A DNA stretch of 64,000 nt, from NCBI RefSeq assembly GCF_035084215.1, contig NC_090352.1, positions 33,108,001 through 33,172,000 on the forward strand. The letters run 5' to 3'. This document shows positions 26,701 through 38,300 of this stretch, piece after piece. The translations under genes and the position numbers were made by a program. Position 1 is the stretch's first letter, and the number at the start of each line of letters is the position of its first letter. The notes beneath the pieces are model-generated. The model saw only the letters and a list, made by a program, of their open reading frames with translations, had not been told where the DNA came from and did no database searches. The stretch is from Heptranchias perlo. Its lineage: Eukaryota.

Positions 26701-26820
26701 TATTTACTTAACTATTTCAAAACTTGGAGCAGACAAACTTCTATTGGTACCTGTGGGGAGAGTGGTTTAAATAAACATATTTTAATGGCTGTTTTCAATG
26801 GGCCTTGCAAGGCTCAACAT

Positions 26821-26826
26821 TTTATT
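26821..26826 (-). terminator. OMG: Candidate distal polyA signal (AATAAA) of OMG
   Basis: AATAAA on the minus strand at the end of an AU-rich 3'UTR-like block (26821-27130). Confidence 0.4.
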
Positions 26827-27179
26827 AGCGATTTAATTAAATTACATTGCAATTAATTTGTATTTACAAAATAATTTAGCAGTTGCATGCATCCTCCCAC
26901 ACGAGAGATTGCATATTACAAATAGAGAATCCAGTTGGGCATTCTAGATAATGCAGAAATGATTTGGTAGTAAAATTATTAAACTATTCTCGAGTTTAAT
27001 TTTACACAAAAAGTTGGCATTCTGAATATATACATAAAAAACTGATTGATTTATGTTGAAAATAAAAATAACTTGTTCAGAACACAGGGGTAGACAGTTC
27101 ATCTGTTGACTTTGGTAGTAAGGATGCTTTCTGTTACTTGCTGGTGGGTAGATTTGTAATGGAGGTTTTGTCTTTTTTT

Positions 27180-27540
27180 TCTTTTTCCTTTTCTCGTGAT
27201 GGCGTTGAACTATCGGGAGTACAGTGACCCAGGTAGTGGCAGCCGCGCTGCCCTCCAGAACTTCGTCCAAGTGGCTTCTTCATATGTGAGCCTCGACCTC
27301 GAATATTAGGGTGGGGGGGCGGCCAGTATGAGGTCACATCCGAACCTGATGCTGTCCAAAGCTGACATTGGCACATGCGCACTTTCCCGCAGGGGTGAAC
27401 GAGTTGCTGTTGGGAGCGGGAGCCCAAGCTGACCTTTTGTTTTTTCCTCCGCCTTCTTTCCTGGACGTGGGACAAAAAGGCCTGGCTGAAATAGGCTGAC
27501 ACATCACAGACCAGAGATCAAGTTTGCTCAGCATGGCCCA
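27180..27540 (-). mobile_element. Shark SINE-like repeat copy immediately 3' of OMG
   Basis: Minus strand CCCTGCGGGAAAGTGCGCATGTG...GGACAGCATCAGGTTCGGATGTGA...GGCTCACATATGAAGAAGCCACTTGGACGAAG resembles the family at 7510 and 48365. Confidence 0.6.
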
Positions 27541-27560
27541 CTGAACCTTTTGGGGAGACA

Positions 27561-27566
27561 TTTATT
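27561..27566 (-). terminator. OMG: Candidate proximal polyA signal (AATAAA) of OMG
   Basis: AATAAA about 97 nt after the OMG stop codon. Confidence 0.5.
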
Positions 27567-27662
27567 CTTCAATTTTTAAAAAATGTTTATAAAATACCTG
27601 ATTCATTGACTGACTATGTTGTTGAGTATTGTCAGTAATGGTGGTTTCCCTTGTTTAGATGA

Positions 27663-29072
27663 CTAAACAACCAGTGGTGCCAGCATGGTGAGAATCATGA
27701 GGTCGAGGGTGATCCCTGTACACACATGTGCTTTTGAGGTTGTACCTTGTACTGTTACATTTTGGTCCATACTGTTTGTTGTTCCAGTGGTCAGATTGAT
27801 AGAAGCAGTCTGAATGGTACTTGAGATACTTCTCATTGCAACGTGAGAAGTAGTTGCATTGACGATACTTGGCTCGAAGGTTGACAGTGATACTGATCCG
27901 TTGGTCTGGCTGTTCATAGTTGCATTGGAACTGTTGACCATTGCAGTGGATTTAGTTGAAACAATGATGTCAGAGGTGAGTTCAGGAGCTGTAATGGACA
28001 TTGTGGATGATGGCCTCTTAGTTGTTTTGGCAGTAACACTCGGCATATTGCTTGAACTTTCAGCGCTGGACATTGTTTGATTGGAAATATTCCGAGTTAT
28101 TTGTGTTGCAGGTTTACGAAAGGAGCTTTGTGGTGGAGAATTCAAACTAGTATTGGTGACTAATTGTGAGAGGGGTGAAGTTCCAGTTTCTTGACTAGCT
28201 GAAGTGTGAAATGTACTTTTTTCATTCTGATGTCTGTGAGCTGAAATGTGACTTGGCAGTGTAATAGTACTTGGGTTAGAGGTGGAGGTTCTTTTGTGAC
28301 TGCATGTAGTTTCTTCAGTACATGGGCATCCATGCACAGTTGCTGTGGTCTCCCTTACCCATGTCAACAGATAGAATATATCCTGTTTAGAGTTGCATGC
28401 CCAAGGATTTGTGTTTAGTGTCATCAGTTGCAAACCAGTGAGTTCATTAAAAGTACCATTTGGAATAAATTTGAAATCGTTGTTGTTCAGATACAATTTC
28501 GAGAGACCGGCTTGAGGAAAAGTGCCTGGGAGAATTTGAAACAAGTTGTTGTGTGATAAGTCTAAAGTATTCAAGTTGTTGGGCATGTTGGTTGGGACTG
28601 TCGAGAATCTATTTCCACTGAAATTGAGGAAGTTGAGGCGAGTCAATGTGTTCTTAACGAAAAAAGTTCTTTCAATCATGTTGTTCGACACATCCAGTTT
28701 TTTCAGGTTCCATTGGGTGGCTATGTCATTCTTCACAAGTATTTTGATGCTATTGCTGGCAGCGTGGATTTCCCACAGCGCCACCGGCAAATGAGTAGGC
28801 ATGTTACTGAGCTGATTGCTGGATATGTCAAGGATCCTCATGTTGATGAAACGGGTCAGACTGTTGTCGAGATCTTTAATGCTGTTGTGGGAAATGTTCA
28901 GGGATATGACATTGACCTGGATGCTCTCTGGAAGTGCTGTCAAGCCTCTGCCTGAGCAGTTCACGAACCTGTCATTTTGTGTGCATGAACACTCTGAAGG
29001 GCAGGTGGCCGTGGTTGAAGGTAGGATGAACAAAAGGGCCAAGAGGCAACCAGATAACCTGAAATATCCCAT
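27663..29072 (-). CDS. OMG: Oligodendrocyte-myelin glycoprotein, 469 aa, single coding exon
   Basis: Acceptor cttccttatag|GACAACA ATG (exon starts 29079). Signal peptide MGYFRLSGCLLALLFILPSTTA, LRRNT CPSECSC...VNCSGRGLTALP, about 8 LRRs, LRRCT NPWAC...YLLTW, Ser/Thr-rich stalk and hydrophobic GPI-type C-terminus. Syntenic position inside NF1. Confidence 0.96.
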   Translation of the reverse strand: MGYFRLSGCLLALLFILPSTTATCPSECSCTQNDRFVNCSGRGLTALPESIQVNVISLNISHNSIKDLDNSLTRFINMRILDISSNQLSNMPTHLPVALWEIHAASNSIKILVKNDIATQWNLKKLDVSNNMIERTFFVKNTLTRLNFLNFSGNRFSTVPTNMPNNLNTLDLSHNNLFQILPGTFPQAGLSKLYLNNNDFKFIPNGTFNELTGLQLMTLNTNPWACNSKQDIFYLLTWVRETTATVHGCPCTEETTCSHKRTSTSNPSTITLPSHISAHRHQNEKSTFHTSASQETGTSPLSQLVTNTSLNSPPQSSFRKPATQITRNISNQTMSSAESSSNMPSVTAKTTKRPSSTMSITAPELTSDIIVSTKSTAMVNSSNATMNSQTNGSVSLSTFEPSIVNATTSHVAMRSISSTIQTASINLTTGTTNSMDQNVTVQGTTSKAHVCTGITLDLMILTMLAPLVV

Positions 29073-30188
29073 TGTTGTCCTATAAGGAAGATAATTGAAC
29101 ATTAGATTGTTTGCCCTCTGCAAAAAAAAATAACATTCAATCTGTCATTTTCTAAAATTGCAATATGAGAAGAACATGATCATTTTAAAACAAAATGTTA
29201 CCATGTAACATTCTCTGGATGAGCAGATGGATAAATCATCTGCACGCAGACTAGGATATGAGCATGGACTGCCCAAAGCAACAGGCTGCCTGTTTTCCTC
29301 TGACTACCAGCCCATCTCCCCTCTTTCCACCCCCCCCCCCCCCAAAACAAAATAAAATATACTGTCCAAGTACCAGACCTCAGCTCAGAGTCCCTTCAAT
29401 GAAATGCCTTGGCTGAGGAGATAATCGCATCGAGAATCTCGAGCACATGCCTTGCATTCTAATACTCCTGTGGCACAGTTCCAGTATGGTGCTAGTGCGT
29501 GCCTCATGCCTGGCTGTGTTTAAGAACTTAGATGTCTGAATGCTCCATTATTGTTGCCTGTGATGCAACAACTAGATGTAGAAATGTTCTGGAATGAATA
29601 AATCAATACACAATGTTGCAGCAAATGATATGTGCCAAATTGCTATGGTCGTGTTGTGATTGTGGTTTCTTACGATAGTCCTGCAATAAAACGTTCTTGA
29701 TAAATTACGGATTTTTTAAAAATCTAATTTTGATAGTGTTTTAATTTGTGTAACTTACTGCTCTATTTCTTATGAAACGTTATGGTTTTTTTAATTAAAC
29801 AATTATATCATCAAAAAAGCTGTACTGTGACATTCATAATGATTAAGAAAGGCTAGTTGTAATGATATATTCATTCTGCACTAAACTGCCAGCATAATGC
29901 AAAAATCAGTTCTATTTTGATAGCATCCCCCTTTCATACAAAAAAAATTGCTAAAAGGTTTAGTTCTGTGGGGAAAAAAATCCTGTATACGGTTATTTTA
30001 TTTTATCATTGATAGCAGAATTACAGCTGCTGTCTTGGGTTCTATATTTGCAAGCACTGCGTAAAAATCCATTCTAGCTGTTCTCGACAAATTCTTTTTT
30101 TCTCTGCAGTCTCCGGGAAATGGTGCAAGTGAGAAAAATATTACAAGTAAGAACAAAAAAAAACTTATAGACAACATAGTGGACTTAC

Positions 30189-30253
30189 CAAAGCAGCTCT
30201 GTACAAGAGAATGCTGGCAACTGGAGTGTTCTTGGGTGCAGATGTTCAAATTC
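30189..30253 (-). other. OMG: Candidate non-coding exon 1 of OMG (5' end approximate)
   Basis: Donor TTG|GTAAGT at 30189/30188 and a TATA box about 30 nt upstream of the inferred start; gives a 1109-nt 5'UTR intron. Confidence 0.6.
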
Positions 30254-30276
30254 TAGTCAACTGCTTAGAGATGAAC

Positions 30277-30284
30277 TATTTATA
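30277..30284 (-). promoter_or_regulatory. OMG: TATA box of the putative OMG promoter
   Basis: Minus strand GGG-TATAAATA-GTT, 88-95 nt upstream of a perfect GTAAGT donor. Confidence 0.6.
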
Positions 30285-31324
30285 CCCACTCCGAAAAAAC
30301 GCAAGGATCTTTAGTGTAAGCACTGTGCCAAGTTCTGAATATAATCTAAATTACGTGTTATTGACAATATGACCTCATTTCTACAACACCTCCCTATAGT
30401 GTGTATGACACAGAATTTTAATTTGTGCATTGCTGCTGAAATAATAAGTGGCAGCCAGCCAGGAATCGAATGTTGCATATCTATTGTTTGTGCAACACTG
30501 AAAGATAAAAGATGTTATGTACATTTAGTGCACGCGGTCATCATGGGGAATGTTGGGTTTCTGTATGATTAAGACCACTGGTTTGCAGTTTTAATGGAAA
30601 AATGTGTGGAATCCTGGAATGTGATGTGCGAAATTGTTTTTTTAAAATGGAATTCCACATAATAGAATTTGATTTCAGTCACCAAAAACCATGGCTATTA
30701 TGTGAGTCTCACCAATGAGAATGCATTGGCAGCTTTTATCCTGTGGGGGTTGCTGAAGAGAATTTGGAATTAATGTCCACCAAATTAGTTTGCATATATT
30801 TAAATTATTTCACTCAGTTTCCTCCCCTTTTGCACTTCACCTTCCCAACCAGTTCATAAGATGTGCACCTAAATGGCACTGGTGCCACTCCGTGACTTCC
30901 CTGTACTACTGAAGATTCAGTTTCTCCACAATCTTCTTGGATGTCTACTTTTGAGCCACTTGAGCTACTGGCTGAGAGATCCTCCAATACCGGTTTTGTC
31001 TATTTATCCATTGACTTGTATTCTATTCTACTTAGTGGGTGGGGGATCTCCTGGGTGGGGGATTGGTGAGTGGCCTGTAACAAATTCCATGGTGTAAGAT
31101 GTTTCTGCTGACCTTCAGTGAGTCAGCTTTTGGCACTTCCCTGAGTCATAGTATTACTCTGCTGAAGCATATTGCACCTTTTCATTGATCTTTTTGGTTC
31201 AATTAAAGGAATTGTTCTTGCTTTTTTGCTTCCCCATCCAGGAAAGGCTTTGGGAAATCACATTTATGAGCCTAAATACGTTCACAACATATTTCTTCAT
31301 AACAAGGAGTGATGCTTTTGATCT

Positions 31325-31935
31325 CCTAAAATTCTCATCCTTGTTTTCAAATCCCTCCGTGGCCTCGCCCCTCCCTATCTCTGTAACCTCCTCCAGCCCT
31401 GCAGCTCTCTGAGATCTCTGCGCTCCTCCAAATCTGGCCTCCCCAATTTTCAAGGTTCCATCGAAGCTCTGGAATTCCCTCCCTAAATTTGTCTACCCTC
31501 CTTTAAGACGCTCCTTAAAACCTACCTCTTTGACCTGTCCTAATATCTCCTTATGTGGCTCGGTGTCAAATTTTGTTTGATAGCGCTCCTATGAAGCGCC
31601 TTGGGATGTTTTACTAGGTTACGGCACTGTATAAATGTAAATTGTTAACAGCAGCTTGTATTTTTACAGTGACATTAATGCAGTAAAATGTCCCAAGCTG
31701 CTTCACAGGAGTGTTAGCAAACAAAATTTGACACCGAGCCACATGAGATATTAGGAGAGGTGACCAAAAGCTTTGTTGAAGAGATAGGCTTTAATGAGTG
31801 TCTTAAAGGAGGAGGGGTAGAGAGGCAGAGGAGTTTGGGGAGGGAATTCCAGAGCTGAGGGCCTAGGCAGCTGAAGGCACAACCGCCAATGGTGGAGCGA
31901 TTAAAATCAGTGATGTGCAAGAGGCCAAAATTGGG
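31325..31935. mobile_element. Two L2-type LINE 3' ends, tail-to-tail (31325-31650 +, 31652-31935 -)
   Basis: GTGGCTCGGTGTCAAATTTTGTTTG on + and CAAACAAAATTTGACACCGAGCCAC on the opposite arm; both match 11130-11608. Confidence 0.85.
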
Positions 31936-32887
31936 ACAGCTTATCTACTGGAGAAAAAACATTGAAAGAAATATTGACACAGCAAATAAGTGGTAAACAT
32001 TGACATAAAACGGTGAGCAAAAATTGTAACTATAGGAAATGTGTGCCATGCGAGATTTTTCATTTAATGGATATGGTTTTGATTAACGACGCTGAAATGT
32101 TGCAGTCTGTACTGAACAGCTTGCATTTTAAAGTACCTTTCACATAGAAAGGTGATCCACTGAGGAGAAGCTGATGGCAGTCAGTTGTGGAGTGATGATA
32201 TTTGCTCGCAGTAAGCAGTTTGGCTAATCAAAAATTTATCCACATGCTTTGTATACGATTTCGACGTGGAATAACATTCTGGCAGTAACATTCATGGGTG
32301 TGACGTTAATTGTAAAGAAGTGACGTATTATTAGAGCAAATGATTTAGGATGACATGACATTCCACAGTAGATCACTTGAATTTCTACACCTGGTATCTG
32401 CAACGTGATTGCAGGTACTGCAATATAGCATAAAAACAAGGAAAAATGTTGGTATCTGAGTAATAACCGGTCATTGACCACAACACATTTCTTGTCTTAA
32501 TGATGTCCAGGCAGTTTCTACTAGAGCTGTCGCATTATTGAATTGTCTCAATCTTGAGATGCTAACTATAAAATTCGCATGGGAGGTCCATAATAGAATA
32601 CATTCAACCACTGTGTAATCGAGATAGGTGAAGGAATCACTGCAAACGCTTTCCGTAGAAGTAAAAGTATTTTTAAAAAAAATAATTGGTAAGATTTTTT
32701 AAAAATCTATAAATGTCAGATCTCTCAATTTAAGAAAATAATGCTGGAAGTATACAGGACAGACATTGTTTCAGCAGGGTTCTGATGAGGTCACATGCTG
32801 CTGACAACTTATCACCACCTCTGTCAACCTCTGAACCAGGGAGCAGGAGCAGCAACATGGCCAATGCTCAGGGACAACAGCAGCACC

Positions 32888-33725
32888 ATAGAACTATGTA
32901 GAATGCACAGCACAGAAACAGGCCATTTGGCCCAATAAGTCCATGCCAGTGGATTATGCTCCACACGAGCCTCCCTCCCTATTTCATCTAACCCCATCAA
33001 CATATCCTTCTAGTCCTTTCTCCCTCGTGTTTATATAGCTTCCCCTCAACTGCATCTATGCTGGTCACCTCAACTGTTCCCTGTGGTAGTGAGTTCCACA
33101 TTCTAACCAGTCTCTGGTCAAAGAAGTTTCTGCTGAATTCCTTATTGGATTTATTAGTGACTATCTTATTGGAATGGCCCCGAGTTCTGGTTTCTCCTGC
33201 TATTGGAAACATCATCTCTACATCTATCTTATCAAATGCTTTCATAATCCAAAGGACCTTTGTCAGGTCACCCCTCATTCTTTTTTCCAGGGAGAAGAAT
33301 CCCAGCCTGTTCAATCTTTCCTGACAGGTGTAACCTCTCAGTTCTGGTATCATCTGAGTGAATCTTTTGCACCTTCAGTGTCTCTCTCGCCCTTTTTATA
33401 ATATGAAGGCCAGAACTGTTCACAGTACTCCAGTTGTGATCTAACTAAGGTTCTATACAAATTTAACATAACTTCCCTGCTTTTCAATTCTGTTCCTCTA
33501 GAAATGAGCCCAATGCTTTGTTTCCTTTCTTTAATGGCCTTATTTACCTGCGTTGTTACTTTGTGATTTGTGTATCTGTACCCCCAGATACCTCTGCTCT
33601 ACTCCATTTAGACTCTTACCTTCCAAAGATTGTGTGGCCTCCTTATTCTTCCTACCAAAATGTACCACTTGTCAATATTGAAATTTATTTGCCGATTGCA
33701 TGGCTATACTACAAGTTTATTGATG
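32888..33725 (-). mobile_element. CR1 LINE 3' fragment
   Basis: ORF 32997..33353: ERLNRLGFFSLEKRMRGDL...TRTRGHS...WNSLPQ. Confidence 0.9.
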
Positions 33726-36237
33726 AATGACATTGCGCTGTCATTACCTGTCAGTTTATCGCATGTATCCCCAAGTGGCCCTCTCCCTATCCTGATGTTA
33801 CTTCTGTTATTTGTGCCTGTAAAATACTTCAACCAACCAAGGTTGCTTTCATGAAATATAACTGCTTCCCCTAATAGCATCCATCTAGTATAGTCTTCTG
33901 CGTTGAAATAAACACTCACCTTCAACAAAAGAGTTTCCCTTCTAATAAGTTGACCATAAGATCAACCTTGACCCTGTCCAAACCAATCATTATCCCAACT
34001 CTCTATCCAATCTTAATCCAAGAAGACTTGATTCTGCGGGCAAATGTATTTAGTGACATTGGTGGCAGCAGAATTAAGACCAAGGTTCATGGGGCACTCA
34101 AAAAGCTGGTATATTAAGAAGGTAAATTTAGCTGCATTAGTAATGGGTCTGGGAGCACATGACAGTAAATGTGAAGAACCAGGTATGAAGGTGACGTGCA
34201 GAATTTCTTCCATAATCTCTACTGTTCAACAGCCAACTTTGGCAATCTCTTGAGAAAATCATGAACTGGTGCTACCAGTACCTAATGAGACCAAAAGCAG
34301 AATCGTGTCCTGAGCCGCTTTAACCCCTGGTTGTTACCTCATCCAAACTCAATGACTTGAAGCACCATGATCTGTTTTGGACAGAGGGAACTCCGTGAAT
34401 TACATTTTCTATCCCAGCTCAAGAGGTTTGCAATGGAAAGATGGTGGTGCTCAGCCTTTGAGGGAATGGACTGCAGGCACCACCCTCCTGCAGATCAGTT
34501 TGATTTTTTTTCAATGACTCCGACCTCTTATCGTTGCCTTCAAAGCTTGTGTTATTTGAGTGGCTTCCAGCAGTTTTTAAAATGCATCTTTAAGGCAATT
34601 GTTCTGTTAATGATATGGCCTTGACACACTGCATGAAGTGGATGTGTATATCAAAGGATCAAGCGTCTTTATTTTTCCTTGCTCAACACAGCCATTTTAG
34701 CCATTAGTAACTAGCTGGCCCAAATTCCAATTCTGTCTGCGTTTCCATATTTCAATTTCAGTCTTTGAAACTAAACCAGAATAATACAACCTTATTGGTC
34801 CATCCAACAGTAGTTAATTTAGAGCATGCAATGTTTCACTGGCTCATATAATATTGTCACCTGTTTTTAAAAAGAATCTACCTGTTCAGTGTCTGTGCTT
34901 GTGAGGCAAGATTGGTAGAACAAGTTTCTGGGCAAGCTGAATATTAGTCTTGTGACCCAGCCTACAAGTTGAGAATGATGTGATTTATTTGAAGTAACAA
35001 GTCAAAAATGTTTATTCCACTTATATTAATACATCTGTGCACATTGTATACATAATACGTACCAACACGCTATAGCCATGTGTACACACATCTGGGAATG
35101 CAACAGCTGTCTCCATTCCTTTAGTATACTCGTCAATCTTTTGCGGCATTGCACAGGAATTAAGACCACATGTAGTGCTTTCTGTCTTTTTATGTGATAC
35201 TTCGATTTTATATTAATTCCAGTTAAATGGAAAAACTTGAGAAAATTTGGGAAGTCGAGTTGGTTGGAGTGGAGGAGTTTTAGGTTGAAGAGCTGGGAGA
35301 TACAAAACTGAGATGGCGCACCACTGGCAGAAAGGTGCAATTGCCGCATGACTCATCGACACAGGCAGTTTCCATTGTAAATGTGGGCATAGGAATTGAT
35401 GGAAAATTTGACAGGAAGTGCACCCAGGTGTAAGATTAGTAATAAAGGTTGATGTAAATTGTGGTACACGTTTTAAAAAATTTAGATTGTATTTGCAATT
35501 TTATTTCACATGCACCAGCATCTTGATGTGAGTAGCATAATAACACTGAGCTGTCTATCACAGGGGCTTCTGACTCACTCTCTGTGGTGATGCACTCCAG
35601 AATTAGAACTGAAATGAACGCATTGGACCAGAAAGCTATATTCTGTCCATTTTATTTTTGCACTTCATTAATGCTACAGCAGGAACTATGATATATATTG
35701 ATGCCTAAAATCAGTGGGATTATCTTTTCAGTGCAATAAATGTTTTAAAAATATATTGAAAATTAGATGTTTGTATCCAGATATTTCTAAATTGGATAAA
35801 AATGGTTCATGTTCCACGAGTGAGAATCAGTGAAATTTCATAGTCATGATTAATGTATTTTTAACAAAGAAAATGGTATAAAGCAATATTATGTGGTGAT
35901 GTAAGATGGAGTAATGAGTGAATGTAAATATACTACAATTTTCACATTAGTTTCTTTTAACCTCGTGCTACGTTTGTTTTTTTAAACATCTGAGCCTTCT
36001 GGAATAATCACACAGTACAGTAACTTTCGTTTTGCAATTTGAATAGCGCAACAGCAGCTGGGTTCTATTTAATATGATCTAACTCAGTTCAGCATTACAG
36101 GCTACAACCTTAGCAGAGTTCAGCTTAGTATAACTGCTTCGTTCAGCATTACATCTCGGAGGAATGCACCATATTTTAGTCTTTTATATTTTGTGTGGCA
36201 GCAGAACCAATACAAATCAAGTGCCCTCTTTAAGCTA

Positions 36238-37412
36238 AGTAGATGTAATACATTTGGATTTTGAAAAGGCCTTTGATAAGGTACCACATAGTCAACTCAC
36301 GACTAAGGTCAGAGCATGTAGAGGTGGGACAGGTAGCAGAATGGATAGCAAGCTGACTAAAACAGAAAACAGTAGGGGTTAAGGGTAGCTACTCAGAGTG
36401 GCAAAAGGTGGGAAGTGGTTTTCCACAGGGATCAGTGCTGGGACCACTTGTTCACAATTTACGTTGACTATTTGGATTCAGGAATCGGAAATCCAATTTC
36501 AAAATTTGCCGACGGCGTCGAGTTGAAGGGTGTCGTTAATACAAAAGAAGAATGTGACAAAATATAACAAGACATTAATGAACTTGTAGAATGGCCATAT
36601 AATTGGCAAATGAATTTCAATATAGATAGGTGTGAGGTGATGTATTTTGGTAGAAAGAATAAGGAGGCCACATATTGCTTGGATAATAGTCCAAATGGGG
36701 TAGAGGAGCAAAGGGATCTGGGAATACAGAATCACAAATCACTAAGAGTAGCGACACCTGCTAATAAGGCCATTTTTTTAAAAAAAAGCAAACCAAGCAC
36801 TGTGGTTCATTTCTAGAGAGAGAATTGAAAAGCAGAGACGTTATGTTGAACTTGTATAGAACCTTGGTCGACCAAACTTGGAGCACTGTGAACAGTTCTG
36901 GTCTCCATATTACAAAAAGGATATAGAGGCATTGGAGAAGGCGCATCACAAGGATGATATCAGAACTGAGAGGATATATTTATCAGGAAAGGCTGAACAG
37001 GCTGCGGCTCTTTTCTCTCGAAAAGAAAAGGCTGAGGGGGTGACCTGATAGAGGTCTTTCAAGATAATGGAAGGGTTTGATAGGGTAGACATAGAGAAAA
37101 TGATTCCACTTGTGGGTGAGTCTAAAACTAGAGGTCATAAATATAAGATAGTCATGAATACATCCAATAAGGAATTCAGGAGAAACTTTTTTTAAACCCA
37201 AAGAGTAGTAAGGATGTGAAATGTGTCACCACAAGGAGTAGCTGAGGCAAATAGCATGGATGCATTTAAGGGAAAGCTGGATTTGCACATGAGAGAAAAA
37301 GGAATAGAAGGGTGTGCTGATAGGGTTAGATGAAGTCTGGTGGGAGGAGGCTCTTGTGGAGCTAGCAGAGACCAATTGGGCTGAATGGCCAGTTTCTGTG
37401 CTGCAAACTCTA
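36238..37412 (+). mobile_element. CR1 LINE RT/3' fragment
   Basis: Degenerate YLDF.KAFDKVPH, PQGSVLGPL, KFAD, FNIDRCEVMYFGRKN and TRGHKYKI motifs. Confidence 0.9.
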
Positions 37413-38254
37413 TGAGCTTATGGTGTCCGAGGAAAGGCTTACAACGTTCTTGCACCAGGAATGGTCTACTACCTGGTCAATGTTGAATCTTCCTTCGCAG
37501 TGAATTTTGTGTCTCCCTCTGCAATGTGTTGTATGCAGTGCCTTGATTATGTCTTTAATGATTCTTCTGCAGTCATCTTTGATATGGTCCATCAGGATTT
37601 GTCTTCTGTTTCTTCTGTAGCTGTTATATATTGCTTATACTTCAAGGACTTGAGTTACTTAGTTTTAACTTGTCTCAAACTGCTAAACTTCTCTCTGAGT
37701 TGAACCAAGTTCTCTTGACTTCCTCCAGTTTCTTTTGCATTAGTCTTTCTAGGCACCTTGCCCCAATCTCTCACTTTTAAAAAAAAATGTACTTCATGCA
37801 CTTAGGTCCTGAAGTCACGATAGGTGTTATATAAATGCAAGACTTTCTTTTCAAAGTTATACCCAACATCAAAGAAATCCAAAGCATTGTGGAATATCTT
37901 GTATCCCTGTTTCAAAAATGGGCTTTGCTTTTAACCTTTATTTAAATCATTTTTTGTCCATTTTGATATGTTATTAGTGCGTTTTGTTTTACTGAGCATA
38001 TGGACCATGGGTAAAATATTCAACTAATAGTTGACTAGTTCCATCCTGACCAGTTCACCATGTTTGTGTATTAATGTGTGCCACCAAAGAGCAGTCCAAA
38101 AGTTTATTGCAGGCAAGTGTACTGATGAAACATGCAGGAAAAGTCAGGGATGAGAAAGTCATTTGACCTATCCAAGATCACCCCTCTAGTACAGAAACTC
38201 TCCCATCATGCCATCCAGTTGTATCTTGAAAAACGCCAATGCTTTTGCCTCTAC

Positions 38255-38257
<3 letters not shown>

Positions 38258-38298
<41 letters not shown>
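38258..38298. repeat. (TG)20 microsatellite within a decayed minus-strand CR1 remnant
   Basis: Perfect TG dinucleotide run read directly. Confidence 0.95.

Positions 38299-38300
<2 letters not shown>

Noticed and set aside
27134-27502. 122-aa minus-strand ORF (RRRRKKQK...) just after OMG as a fourth nested gene or alternative OMG tail
   Set aside because: It is out of frame with OMG, begins at GTG rather than ATG, and matches a SINE-like family with several copies in this window.
29073-29123. N-terminal extension of the OMG ORF from TTG 29123
   Set aside because: It is intronic sequence upstream of the acceptor at 29080/29079; the signal peptide begins at ATG 29072.
37420-37760. Purine-rich, coding-looking minus-strand stretch
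   Set aside because: It is interrupted by stops and has no recognisable motif; probably a decayed mobile element.
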